DNA from: Rhizodiscina lignyota
Taxonomy: Eukaryota
Length of the DNA stretch: 64,000 bases
NCBI GenBank assembly: GCA_010015805.1
Contig: ML978121.1
Span: 2,604,001-2,668,000, forward strand
Reading direction: 5' to 3'
In this document: piece after piece, positions 1-11,207 of the stretch
How the letters are laid out: the number at the start of each line of letters is the position of its first letter
How positions within the stretch are numbered: position 1 is the first letter of the stretch
Made by a program: the position numbers and the translations under genes
The notes under the pieces: model-generated
The model's input: only the letters and a program-made list of their open reading frames with translations
Databases searched by the model: none
What the model was told of the DNA's origin: nothing

Positions 1-921
1 CTGCTGAGGAATCAAATTCGCTAGCGAAGGTGATACAATGCGATTTCGAACATCATGGCGGAGGTCACTAATACTATTTGTATCCCTCCCTCACAACTTC
101 TTGCAGGCCCTCTTGCTGTTCATGCGGATGTAGTTTCATCTCAATTTTCCTCCGACTGAGTACGTTGTGGGTCTTCTGCCTGCCATCGCTAAGCCATACA
201 CTCGACGATATCGCTTTGTCATTGTGTATCAAGAAGGAGTTGTTTAGTCATTGACATCTCACACAACTTAACTACAGCATGGATACCGGAGACGGAAATC
301 CTTCAATGTAAGTGCAAACTTTCGGAGACGATTGAGCTTTAGGTGTTGCTAACATCCATTTCCGTCGGCTCGATCTGTCGGATTACTGAACCCATTTCGC
401 ACGGGGTTTAAGGGGCTTGCCGACAACATCTTTTCACAAAGCCAAGGGAAAAGGATTCGATCTCGATGTATTTTAGCGAATAAACATGTCCCGCCGACTC
501 TACCGACATGTCAGCCGCAAATGGGAGGGCTTACCCGCGCCCTGCATGTGGCGCCGCTATCACTTTATGGATCAACCCACGACAGGTTCCTTACTTCCCA
601 AATTGGAATTCTTTACTTCCCGATTTGGAAGAATTCTGCTAGTACGAATCATCAATAGGTATAAGAGCTGATTATTGAGCTCTCCGAGGCCTCTCGAGTG
701 CGGTACAATGCACTTTCAAATCTCGTTACATTACGCCGAGGCAGGGTTTCGGCATATTCAGTGCTCAAATTATTCTCTTATTGCGCATTCTGGCAACCGC
801 CATGTCCTCTTCCTCCTGGACGAATGCAGATATGGGCGTGTTTGACAATTTCCCTTCCTCTTTCCTTCCTGCATATTACCTCTGCTTATTCAAGCGACCG
901 GAGGTGATTACGCATCTCCAT

Positions 922-2574
922 TCAACTCGTCTGTGAGCTTTGAACATCTTCCTTCAGTATCCTGTTGAGTTCTTCGCGCTGTACGCAGTTCTCCAGCTTG
1001 AACGACGCTGCTATCTCGTCCAGCTCGTCGAAGCTCTTGTCTTTGAAGTACGACGCATACTCGTACGTCAACACCTCGGAAGCGAACAACTCTCGGACGA
1101 CACGATAGACATGGCCTTCGATACCCCACATGTGAGGGTATCTCTTGTTGTGAAGGTGCTCTGGGATCTCTGATCTTAGGTGCTCCAAAAGAGGTTCGTA
1201 GTATTTGCCCGAATACTTGTCGTCTCTTCCCCACCTGTCGAGACCCATTCGTTTCTTCTTCTCCAAAAATGGCTTCAATAGCCTCATGTATGCGGAGTTC
1301 GGGCTGGCGTACACCATTCCTGGGCGCTGTCAGCCACGTTGGGAAAAAGAGGCACATGCTCAACTCACCCTGGAATCCAATGTCCTTGTACAGCCAAATC
1401 TGGATCGCACATTAGTCGACGTCAGCCGCCAGCGAATCGACTCGACTTACGCTGTGGCCCATATGCGCTTTCCTGTAGATTTCTAACTGTTTCGCTAGAA
1501 GCTTAAATCTTCCTTCATTAATCTTCTCGTAATCGTCACCATCGTCTGGGCTCGCGTAGACTGGGCCCCACTCGCCGTTCCAGCCAGGCACGCCATGCTC
1601 TTGCATGAACACCATTTTGCGATCGAACTGCCTTTGCAGTACACTGTCTTGCTCCGCGGTCGCGACGTACTGCTCTCTCATTGGAAAACCGTACCCGGCA
1701 TAATCGTGGAATGCGTACACGGTATTGGGAAGGATATTCTTGAAGGCGGAAAAGTCCATGGAGTACGTGTTCCCGTCCAGGAACAAGATGTGGTTCGGGT
1801 CGACCTTGCGGATCTCTTTCTCAATGCGATTGTAGAACAGCGGAACGTTGACATGCTCCGGATCTGCGGGTTCGTTCATCGGATTGTAGCCGGCAATCCA
1901 GGTGTTGTTTGCATAGTACTTGGCAAGTTCAATCCACAATTGCACCACCCGGTCCTGATGGTCTTTGTAGTCCCAGAATAAGGCCTTGTGCAGGCCAGAG
2001 TCGCAATGCCATGCTTGGTTTTGGCCTCCTGGCGTGGTGTGGAGGTCAAGAATCGTGTACATTCCTTCCGCTGCACAAGCATCGATGATACGATCGAGCA
2101 ATTTGAAGCCCTCTTTCTTGATGACATCTGGGTTGCGGTCGTCCATAAAGTGCCGGTGGTTGAAAGGTATTCGAATGCAGTTCAGGCCTAACGAGGCGAG
2201 GAATTTCGCATCTGATGGAGTGAAGAAATACTCCATCCACTACAAAGGGGAAAGGGGGCACGTGAGCATGCGGAGTGCTGCCCGGGCATGTAATATAGGA
2301 CATACTTTGTCAAAGAAGAATTGGTACTTCTCCTCGCCCATTTCTTCTTTCATTGCCCGCCTAACTTCGTGCTCCTGCCCTGGATATCCCGTAATGAAAT
2401 TCTCCATGTTAGTGTGCCCACCGGTTGCACACTTTTTTGCATCAGTGACATCGGACCAGGATGTGTAGATGTGGCTTGACGAACTCCTTTGAGAATGACA
2501 ACATTGCCATCGGGGTCCACGACCCTTGTACCGTCCACCTTCAGAAAGCCTTTCGGGGTTGATTTGGCGGCCAT
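922..2574 (-). CDS. Glycoside hydrolase family 5, intracellular (no signal peptide), multi-exon
   Basis: Spliced from ORF pieces 2350-2574 (MAAKSTPKGFLKVDGTRVVD), GGHTNMENFITGYPG, 1412-2236, a short IWLYKDIGFQG exon and 922-1317. GH5 motifs: IRIPFNHRH, ILDLH, GYNPMNEP (acid/base Glu), FHDY, NGEWG (nucleophile Glu). GT..AG introns are visible. Confidence 0.9.
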
Positions 2575-2677
2575 GTCGTTTCGTATCTCTCAAATTCTAC
2601 ACTCAATTGAAGTCTCGACTATTTCTCGAGCACGGTTCATTTGTCGCTAATGAACTGCCGAGTCGGGGATTTCGGGC

Positions 2678-2810
2678 GGCTAAAGAGGTGGAGAAGGCTG
2701 CCCAAAAGAAAGCTTGAAATCGATTTAACCGGGAGATCTTCAAGCCACCGCTGATGCCCAGAATCACTTTCACCATTGAGAGTTCACGATATGCATTCGT
2801 TCAGGCTAAA
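2678..2810 (+). promoter_or_regulatory. Two GGCTAAA (XlnR/Xyr1-type) sites in the divergent GH5/transporter promoter
   Basis: GGCTAAA occurs at 2678-2684 and 2804-2810. Several SYGGRG (CreA-like) hexamers lie in the same 580-bp intergenic region. Short motifs can occur by chance. Confidence 0.45.
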
Positions 2811-3156
2811 GGCCATGTGCCAAGTCTCATTTGCTCACCTGCTTCCAGCGACATCGACGTCTCGCAGACTGTGGCACTTTCACCCCGAAACATCCAAAGT
2901 CAGCATGGCTATGCGGCCGGGTCTGTAATTGGGCAGAGCGTCCCAAATCACCTAGCATCAATCGCATACCGCTGGCTTGGCTGGGGAAATGGATCGGAAG
3001 ACAAGAGCAGCTGTCGGGTTCATGGTTCCTGATCACCGCAGTTCTCCCCGTGGGGAACCCAGAATCAACACGCGATAGCATATAAATGTCAAATTCTGCC
3101 AAATATGGCGGAGTTGCTGGCTTATCGTATCTCTTCTCTTGGGGTTTCGAGTGACG

Positions 3157-4900
3157 ATGGCGCTGTCAAAGCAAACGGACGTGGCGAAAGTCGCGGAGCA
3201 CTCTACGGTAAAGCAGCTCCTTGACCTAGACAAGACACCATGGTACAAGAAGAAGAATCTGCGGACCTTGTATTTATCTCTTGTGCCTGCCGTCCTTGGT
3301 GTTGAGATGACTTCTGGCTATGACGGGTCTATTCTCAATGGTCTGCAAGCTGTCGATGCGTTCAATTCGTATTTCAACAATCCTCAAGGCGCAATTCTCG
3401 GAGTCATTACTGCTGCTTTCAGTATTGGAGCCGTCCTCGCTCTTCCAGTTGTACCATATGTAAGGTTTCTATGCCGTTATAGCCTGAGATCATGCTCACA
3501 TACTCGTTAGGTAAATGATCGCTTCGGTCGCAAGCACAGCATCACAGTTGGGTCCGCAATCATCATGGTCGGTGTGATACTTCAGACCGCCTCCGTTAAT
3601 ATTGCTGTCCGTCAGCTCTTTCATCCTCTTGCCACTATTACACACTAACTCTTCAACGTAGATGTTCCTTGTCGCTCGTCTACTTCTCGGATATGGCATA
3701 CCATTCTGCATCAGCGGCGCCTCTCAGCTCATCGCAGAACTCTGTTATCCCAAAGAAGCTGGCGTCTTGAATGGTCTCTTCAACGAATCGTGGTACGCAG
3801 GCGCCATTATCGCCGCAGGTGTGACCCTCGGAACTTTCTCTATGCAGAGCAACTGGGCGTGGAGGATCCCAAGTCTCGTCCAGATCGCGCCCAGCGTACT
3901 ACAGCTCACCTTCATCTGGTTTATCCCCGAGTCGCCGCGCTGGCTTATCTCGAAGGACCGCAATGAAGAGGCATTCGATATTCTTGTTAAATATCACGCC
4001 GAGGGAGATCGCGAAAGCGCCTTCGTAAGAGCCGAGTTTGCGGAGATCCAGCTGCGTGTGCGATACGAGCTCGAGAATTCGAAGCGCCGATGGGTCGAAT
4101 TGGTCCAAACACCGGGAAATCGCAAACGGTCTCTTATCGCTGCTTGCGTCGGATTGTTCTCGCAGTGGTCGGGGAATGGACTCGTCTCGTACTTCTTAGC
4201 CAAGGTCCTCATTACTGTTGGTATCAAGGACAAGAGGACGCAGAATCAGATCAACCTTGCTCTCACCGTAAGTGCTCTAATTTCCAGCCACTACTCTTCG
4301 TCCGTCCACTTACATTCCTAATAGTGTTGGAATCTCCTCACCGGTGTGACATCGGCCTTCGTCACCAAAATCGCTCCTCGTCGAACCCAGTATCTGGTCG
4401 CCTTCATTGGCATGACCGCTCTCTTCGCCTGCTGGACTGGTGCCTCCGCCGACTACGCACAAACTGGCAATCACTCAGCAGCAGCAGCCGTCGTTGCCAT
4501 GATTTTCATCTACTACCTCTTCTACACGATCATGCACCCGATGACGTATATCTATATCACGGAGGTCTTCCCGTTCGTCCATCGTGCTAAGGGCGTCGCG
4601 CTCACTCAGACATTCTCTCGCGCAGGCAGCGCCTTCAATCAGTTTGTGAATCCGATTGGGCTGCAGAACATTACCTGGAAGTTTTACATTGTGTACGTGG
4701 TGTGGCTGGCGATTGAGACGGTCATCATCTACTTCTTGTATCCGGAGACAAAGGGCCCCATGCTGGAGGAGCTGGGTGAGCTGTTTGAGAAGGAAGATCC
4801 ATTGGCCAAGGGCGAGCTGGATCTTGATGTGGGAAGGCACGGCTCGGTGGATATGGCGGAGAAAGGGACAACGACTATTCATGAGGTTGCCGGGAAATGA
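3157..4900 (+). CDS. MFS sugar porter, lactose permease/cellodextrin transporter-like, multi-exon
   Basis: Motifs GYDGSILNGLQ, NDRFGRK, PESPRWL, FSQWSGNGLVSY, YITEVFP and YPETKG; many TM helices. Introns near 3460-3510, 3605-3662 and 4268-4324. Confidence 0.92.
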
Positions 4901-5982
4901 GATCGCACGACGGGATCCCTTGTCTGGATTTCGTGAAGCTCGTGATATTAGGCTACGGCCCTCTAAATGTACAAAGATCTGGACAATTTCAATACAGACA
5001 CCATTGTTTGAACCAGTGATCCATTTCTTCCTCCATACGATAATTTTTGACGGCTGCGGCGTGGAATAGCGAAAAGTATGCACATAAGCGACCCGAAGGG
5101 TAAATGCCGACCGACAGATCAAAAGAAAATTACATATAAGGGTCAGCTGTAGTGCTGGACGCCGTTTCGTCTGGTCCATGAAAGCCCAAAAAAGTAAATT
5201 CAACATCCACGAGGCCAAAAGAAAATGCCTACTAGAAGAATTGAACTTCTGATCTTCGCATTACAAGTGCGACGCGTTACCACTGCGCCAAGCAGGCAAT
5301 TTCCACGTCGATGAAAAGGCAGGAAATATATAATGGTTGGTAGAGAACCGGGAGCCAACGATTTTTTGTCCCACCTCACACCGGCCCGATTCCCTTACAT
5401 CGCCTTCCAACTTCCAGCCTCTGCACATTTTCTGATCTGTATTCTCTCTGAACATAGCCGCCTACGTCCTACGAGCCTCCTTTCCCACCGGACGTCCTTC
5501 CCAGCCGCGAGTGGCAGCGCTTCCGTATCGGTTCCGGCGACATGGTTCGTACTGCTGTGCCGCACACCGCCCACCGGTCAACCATATCGACCCATCACAT
5601 CCCCCCTCGACCAATATCCATGAGACAAGGCATGCATATTGTGGCGAAATTTAATGCCTCGTAGGCATCTTCAAGCTTTGGTCCACTAAGGACGGCAGCG
5701 GGAGTGTGCCGGCGCTTAAGCAGTGACAAGGTATGGAGAGGATGGAGCCATACGCAAGGCTGGGGGTATATTGGGACATGGGACATGCTCCACATTGTTC
5801 CGCGCCTCGCTGCTGCTGGCCATCAAAGGAAGATATCCTGGTAGACCTTTAGGGGACGAAGGTAGACGCCTATTCAAGATATGTGGGCCTGAGGTAGGAT
5901 GATGCTCCGTCTAATATTTTCCATTCATTCCCATATTCTGCTTCTGCAAATTTGATGCCTCTCTAGAGTATATGTCTTTGTT

Positions 5983-8532
5983 ATGGAATTAGACTGGCGC
6001 GGTCGTTTTCAGCATTACTATACTCGGATATATTTGCAGCTCCAAGAGTCATTTACAAACCTTACTGTTTCTCTCTATGACTACCTGATATACATCGATT
6101 ATTTATTTGTTTCCTCTCTCTCTAAAGTACAACAAGTTTTGCTTTCATGGGCCTACGGCGACTGTCCTTCTCGGCCCCCTCAGGCCAAACTCTGTGGAAC
6201 ATGCTGCCGGTTAGACTACAAGTCGCTGGCGCGTCTCGACAAGCCCCATGATTTCTGGAGAAGATATTATCGTGCCGATCTTGGCCTCTTATGCGATGTC
6301 ATTGGAAGGGAAGGTTATTGTGACTTATGCAAAGCCATTGTGCAGTCAATTCGAAGCCAGGGTCGCCTGGAGCGCCCACATGAGCAGAGAGTAAAGGCTC
6401 GGAGCAGGCCCTTTTACACCACGATTGTAGATGGGAGGACTGGCAAAGAACTTCAAAATCCAAGGGCAACGAGCCATATATCCATCGTTCTGGAAGACCG
6501 TAACGGTGATCAACAGGTCACTCGCTTTCAGCCTTGTTCGTTCCCCGTTCCAATGGCTCTCAACGAGTCCAAGCCCATGGATATCCTCCACTCCAGCATC
6601 CAAACGACATTCGGTGGCCGTATTTTGTCTAGCGAACAGTCTCGACTGCAGTTATATGGGAAATGGTTTCAGTTATGTCAGAGTCAGCATGGGTCGAGAT
6701 GCGCTGTATCGAAATTCCCTCAGCTGGACGCATCGTTTACGCATCCTCTACTCTTAATCGATGTGCAGAAGAAACTTGTCACCAATGCTACGCCAGATTA
6801 CCGATACGTGGCGTTGAGCTACGTCTGGGGCAGAACCAAAAACACTCAGCTGACTAGCAAGAATTTAAAACACTTTATGACTGTGGGTATCCCGGGAGAC
6901 ATTCCGCGCACTATTCAAGATGCGATGCTAGTTGTGGACGCTGTAGGGGAGCGATTTTTGTGGGTCGACTCCCTCTGTATCATACAAGACGAAACGACAC
7001 ACAAGCAGGCTCAAATCGCTCAGATGGCAAACATTTTCTCCAATTCGGTGTTCACAATCGTGGCTGCTGCTGGGCAGGATGCCCATGTGGGCCTTTGGCC
7101 TAGTTTGAAGACTGAAATATACCAGCAGTCAGTTTTACGGATCGGTCGTCACACACTGATTGAGCTACTGGATCAGAGCTACAAGTCCTCGGAGTCGCAC
7201 TGGGAGCAAGATCGGAAGCCTTCGGTCTCAAAATACGCATGGGAAAGTCGAGGGTGGACGTTTCAGGAGATATTGTGTTCTCGAAGGGCTATGGTCTTCA
7301 CGCCCGTCCAAGCCTACTGGCACTGTCAGGAGAGAGATTGGTTGGAAGAAACAGCACTTGAGTATGCACCTCCATGTGCGTTGAGATTCCATACTGGCCC
7401 AACAGAAACAGCGGTCCACTTCTGGTCGCCGAACTTCAACCAGTTTTTCAAAGATGCCGACGCAATGCTACCGCAATACTTCCGGTCAATAGAGGATGCC
7501 CTGGTATGCTATGTCAAGCTCGTCACTGAGTACACGAAACGATATCTTACCAATCCGAGCGATGGCCTGAATGCCTTTTCTGGAGCGGTCAGCGTAATGC
7601 AAGGCTTAATGGGCCGCGATTTCTTCTGGGGTCTTCCAGAAGTTGAGTTCGGATGGGCTCTTGCCTGGAGTGCTCCTGACTGGGAGCTCCATTCTACAAA
7701 TCGCTCCCTCACACGCCCTGACGCCTCTGACAGTCTTCGTCGAACTGGAACACCGAGTTGGAGTTGGGCATCATGGTACCTCGATGTACCTTCAGAAAAG
7801 TACGTTTGGTTTAACGAGTGTGATCCGTTCTGGCCATCTTTACCCCTTCCGGAAATATACTTCTACCGTAAAGGCCGCGATGGAACCTTGGTACTTATCC
7901 GGCAGCGAAACATCAAGGACATTGGAATTCCTCGGCCATATACCGAACTCACCGTTTACACCAATGGTACTGAATGGTATAGTTCAAGTGACTGGAAAGG
8001 TCAGCCCACACATATAGACAGTGCTATCACAACTGGAGCGCCCAACGGTTTCGTAGACACCGGAATCATACAGTTCTGGACGAGTACAGCCACACTTGTT
8101 GTTCATCGGTATATGAGCGAAGGCAAACTGCAGTACTTCGCGATGGGTGCTGGCTACATGCAGCCTTTTTGTCGGAAGTGGCATGAGCCCGGCAAGCCGT
8201 GCTATTGCAGAGTCAACGACGTAATCTGCGTCATTCAAATGGGCTCGACAAAGCACATGCCCAAAGGAGAGCACGAGCAGCGGAAACTCCTGTCAGAATC
8301 ATACAGATGTCTGCCACGACCGAAAGCGGACAATGAGGATGAAGATGGTGACCTACTTGTTTTGGACTTCTGTGTTGTTAGTCGTGAAACTAGACGAAGG
8401 GACTTTTTGAATGTCCTTGCAATTGAGCGGGGTTCCGATGGAATATATTATCGATTGGGATGCGCACAAATAGAAGAGATGACTTGGGTGCATATACTAA
8501 ACCGACAATGGTCGTTGATAACGTTGGCCTAA
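5983..8532 (+). CDS. Heterokaryon incompatibility (HET) domain protein
   Basis: 849-aa uninterrupted ORF with HET motifs YVALSYVWG, PRTIQDAM, LWVDSLCIIQD, QIAQMANIF..S.FTIVAAAG and WESRGWTFQE, followed by the typical YTKR.LT..SD.LNAFSG and PSWSWASW. Confidence 0.9.
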   Translation: MELDWRGRFQHYYTRIYLQLQESFTNLTVSLYDYLIYIDYLFVSSLSKVQQVLLSWAYGDCPSRPPQAKLCGTCCRLDYKSLARLDKPHDFWRRYYRADLGLLCDVIGREGYCDLCKAIVQSIRSQGRLERPHEQRVKARSRPFYTTIVDGRTGKELQNPRATSHISIVLEDRNGDQQVTRFQPCSFPVPMALNESKPMDILHSSIQTTFGGRILSSEQSRLQLYGKWFQLCQSQHGSRCAVSKFPQLDASFTHPLLLIDVQKKLVTNATPDYRYVALSYVWGRTKNTQLTSKNLKHFMTVGIPGDIPRTIQDAMLVVDAVGERFLWVDSLCIIQDETTHKQAQIAQMANIFSNSVFTIVAAAGQDAHVGLWPSLKTEIYQQSVLRIGRHTLIELLDQSYKSSESHWEQDRKPSVSKYAWESRGWTFQEILCSRRAMVFTPVQAYWHCQERDWLEETALEYAPPCALRFHTGPTETAVHFWSPNFNQFFKDADAMLPQYFRSIEDALVCYVKLVTEYTKRYLTNPSDGLNAFSGAVSVMQGLMGRDFFWGLPEVEFGWALAWSAPDWELHSTNRSLTRPDASDSLRRTGTPSWSWASWYLDVPSEKYVWFNECDPFWPSLPLPEIYFYRKGRDGTLVLIRQRNIKDIGIPRPYTELTVYTNGTEWYSSSDWKGQPTHIDSAITTGAPNGFVDTGIIQFWTSTATLVVHRYMSEGKLQYFAMGAGYMQPFCRKWHEPGKPCYCRVNDVICVIQMGSTKHMPKGEHEQRKLLSESYRCLPRPKADNEDEDGDLLVLDFCVVSRETRRRDFLNVLAIERGSDGIYYRLGCAQIEEMTWVHILNRQWSLITLA

Positions 8533-8695
8533 ATCGAAAATCAAATACAGGTATCATGGCGAACGATTTCAAATTCGTAGTCATCCACTGCTCCTAGGTA
8601 TAGGGAACGCCATGATAGTTAAAGTAGTTACATCGCGTCTTCAAAGTCACAGATATCCAACAACGCCCAGACGCCACCAGGAAGAGCTAGGGAAT

Positions 8696-10147
8696 TCATT
8701 GTCCTCTCTTCTTGTAATCTCTTTCAGCGCCCGGGTTCTCCAAAACACCAGGGTACATCAGCTCCACCAACAGCTTCTCGTACCAACCGCTCGTCTCACC
8801 ACGGATGCGATCGATTAAACTCTTGTGGTGCAGCTGCTTGTAAGCCATTTTCACCTGATCTGCATGCGGCTTGTCCCAATGCACGTTGACGACGCGGTTG
8901 GTCAACACTGCCTCATTCGTGCCGATGCCCTTCATAGAATGCTCAAGCTGGTCCGCTTCCGCCTTAATCGGATCAATACCCCTCTTGAGCATCAGGAGCA
9001 TTGCATCTTCCATGTGCCCGCTGAACTTCTTCTTGATATCCTTCTCCAGATTTCCATACATTGAATTGTATTTCTGGTTGATGGCCCTGATCTGACCATT
9101 CGAACGCTTTCCGAGGATGTTCATTACCGCATTCGTGTCTTTGCTACCAAATGACGAGCGCATTGCGGATTTGAGCTCTGCTGCATCGCGCTCAATCTCT
9201 TGTGGGATGCATGGCGCATTCTCTTCAGGTCGCGGGCGTCGATCATCCAGTATGAGCATGAACAGGTCCTTCGTCTTCATGGAGAGGTCGCCGCCCACGG
9301 CAGCTATCATGTCTTTTCCGTAAATCTGGCGGTAGGACTGCTTCATTTGGTAGATGTCGTAGTTCGTGCGACCGAGAAGCACATCGTTCAGTAGATCTTC
9401 GGAAGTTCCAGGTCTGTTGATGGCTTTGTTTACAAAGTATGCGTCTGATTCGGCTTGAGTACGCGCAAGTGTGGTACACAGTTCGCCGTAGTCGCCGCTG
9501 ACGTCGCCCTCAATGGCTTTGAGGAAGTCTTTCCGTCCACCACCGACAGTATGCTCGTGCGCAAACATCCTATCGTACGTCTGTCGCAAGTACGCCATCT
9601 GACTGGGGTTTCCCACAGCAGCCAGAGTCAGGACCAGCTCGCGGTCGTCTGTTCCTAACCCTGCAATGGCCTTGTGGATTCGAATGGCGTCTGAGTTCGG
9701 ATCTGCACCTCGTGGAGCGGTGGGTTCGCCGAAATGACCAGCACCATGTGGCTGCTTGAGCTCTGCGGTCAGCGCCTGGACTCCGGACTTCAGGTGACCG
9801 AAGGTAGATTTGGGAGGCCTCACCTGAGCGCCATGCTGCCCCTGATGAGGGGGCTGCTGGTATTGTCCTCCAGCCGGAGGAGCTCCCCATCCTCCAGGTT
9901 GTTGCACTGGCGGTGCAGGCGAGTGTGTGTAATTGCCCTGTGGAGGAGGGGCATGACCCCACTGCTGGTTTGGCGGTGGTTGTTGTCCCCAGTGCTGTTG
10001 TGGAGGCTGTTGTGGAGGCTGCTGTCCCCACTGTTGCTGAGGAGGTTGATTATAAGGCGGCTGTTGACCATACTGGCCTTGTCCAGGCGGTGGTTGGCCC
10101 CATTGCTGCTGCTGTGGGGGGTATGGAGGTTGCTGCTGGTTGTACAT
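8696..10147 (-). CDS. Annexin with a long Q/P/G-rich N-terminal region
   Basis: Four annexin repeats (AIAGLGTDD, GDVSGDY, PGTSEDLL, FSGHMED, SMKGIGTNE, GETSGWYEKLL). The N-terminal ~110 aa are low complexity. Confidence 0.93.
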   Translation of the reverse strand: MYNQQQPPYPPQQQQWGQPPPGQGQYGQQPPYNQPPQQQWGQQPPQQPPQQHWGQQPPPNQQWGHAPPPQGNYTHSPAPPVQQPGGWGAPPAGGQYQQPPHQGQHGAQVRPPKSTFGHLKSGVQALTAELKQPHGAGHFGEPTAPRGADPNSDAIRIHKAIAGLGTDDRELVLTLAAVGNPSQMAYLRQTYDRMFAHEHTVGGGRKDFLKAIEGDVSGDYGELCTTLARTQAESDAYFVNKAINRPGTSEDLLNDVLLGRTNYDIYQMKQSYRQIYGKDMIAAVGGDLSMKTKDLFMLILDDRRPRPEENAPCIPQEIERDAAELKSAMRSSFGSKDTNAVMNILGKRSNGQIRAINQKYNSMYGNLEKDIKKKFSGHMEDAMLLMLKRGIDPIKAEADQLEHSMKGIGTNEAVLTNRVVNVHWDKPHADQVKMAYKQLHHKSLIDRIRGETSGWYEKLLVELMYPGVLENPGAERDYKKRGQ

Positions 10148-11207
10148 TTGGTATGGAGAATGCGATTGAGGTGGGGGTTGGTTCGCGGGAGGGTAGTAGC
10201 CTGGCTGGGGCGAGTCTATACATATATTCTTGTCGTCAGCAAGCTAACGTCTGCCAAGTTAAATGGTGGGGGATAGGCGACTTCGCCGCGTGCAAGGGAT
10301 TGGAGGGCTGTAGAGCTTGGTATCGGTACCGAGACTTACGGCTTGGAGGAGGCGCGTATCCGCCGGGTTGCTGGTAGTAGGACATGCTTGCACGCCAACT
10401 GATGCTGTACAGAGTATGGATGGACGAGGCGCAGTACTCTTACAGTCGCGTACGCAATGAAGATCGCAGAATACCACCGAATAGAGATGGAAGGCGAGAG
10501 ATACAGTAACGACAAGGATGAGAGTTAGAAATACGAGACGAGACGAGACGAAAGGAACGACTGCAATGATTGCTTCGGAAGAGACGAAAAGGCCACAGGC
10601 GGCAAAGGAAGCGCAATCGCCGCGTGCCTACCTCGTCATCCTCATTTGGCGCCATCTTCAAATGAGGGGCAGGGCAGGCAGTGCAAGTTAGTTTGCACCG
10701 CCTGGTGACGATGACCGGTCGCAAATGTGGATGGTTCGTAGGGCCATCCATGCCCAAATTGCATGGCGGGCATGGGCCTGTAGCGAGTGAGAGTGCGCGC
10801 CAGTCGACCTGTGGCGGTGGAAGTGGAGACGCGCAACAAATTCTCCGGAGTTGTGCCGGCATCTGGGACGAAGGCAATTGCTGGCAATGCTAACTAAACA
10901 TGTGAATTTGGCAGGTGATATTGGATAGAGGGAGTTGTTGGAAGTTGACGGTTTGATGCGACACAGAGATTTGGGCTTGGTGGTCGCACAGCTAAGCGAC
11001 CCAGTGTTGGGGAATTTCATGCTTCCAGTGCATCGGCAGAACAACAAGCTGTGGAGCCTGCAAAGACCTCAGCTTCCTGCACCGAGCCGAATTCTGATAT
11101 CTTGCTGTGCGCCTCAGGCATCAAATCGTTTCATATTGAACTCGTTGAACCCCCCTGCTTTTCACGAGAATGTATGAAGCCGTAATTGGGACAGAACGTC
11201 CGGTCTC

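Noticed and set aside
1..900. Possible gene fragment with an intron-like GTAAGT at the window start
   Set aside because: No continuous frame or recognisable motif could be assembled.
4475..5218. 247-aa antisense ORF (and similar ones at 20839-21606, 9734-10276, 15111-15650)
   Set aside because: These are shadow ORFs opposite well-supported genes with biased codon usage.
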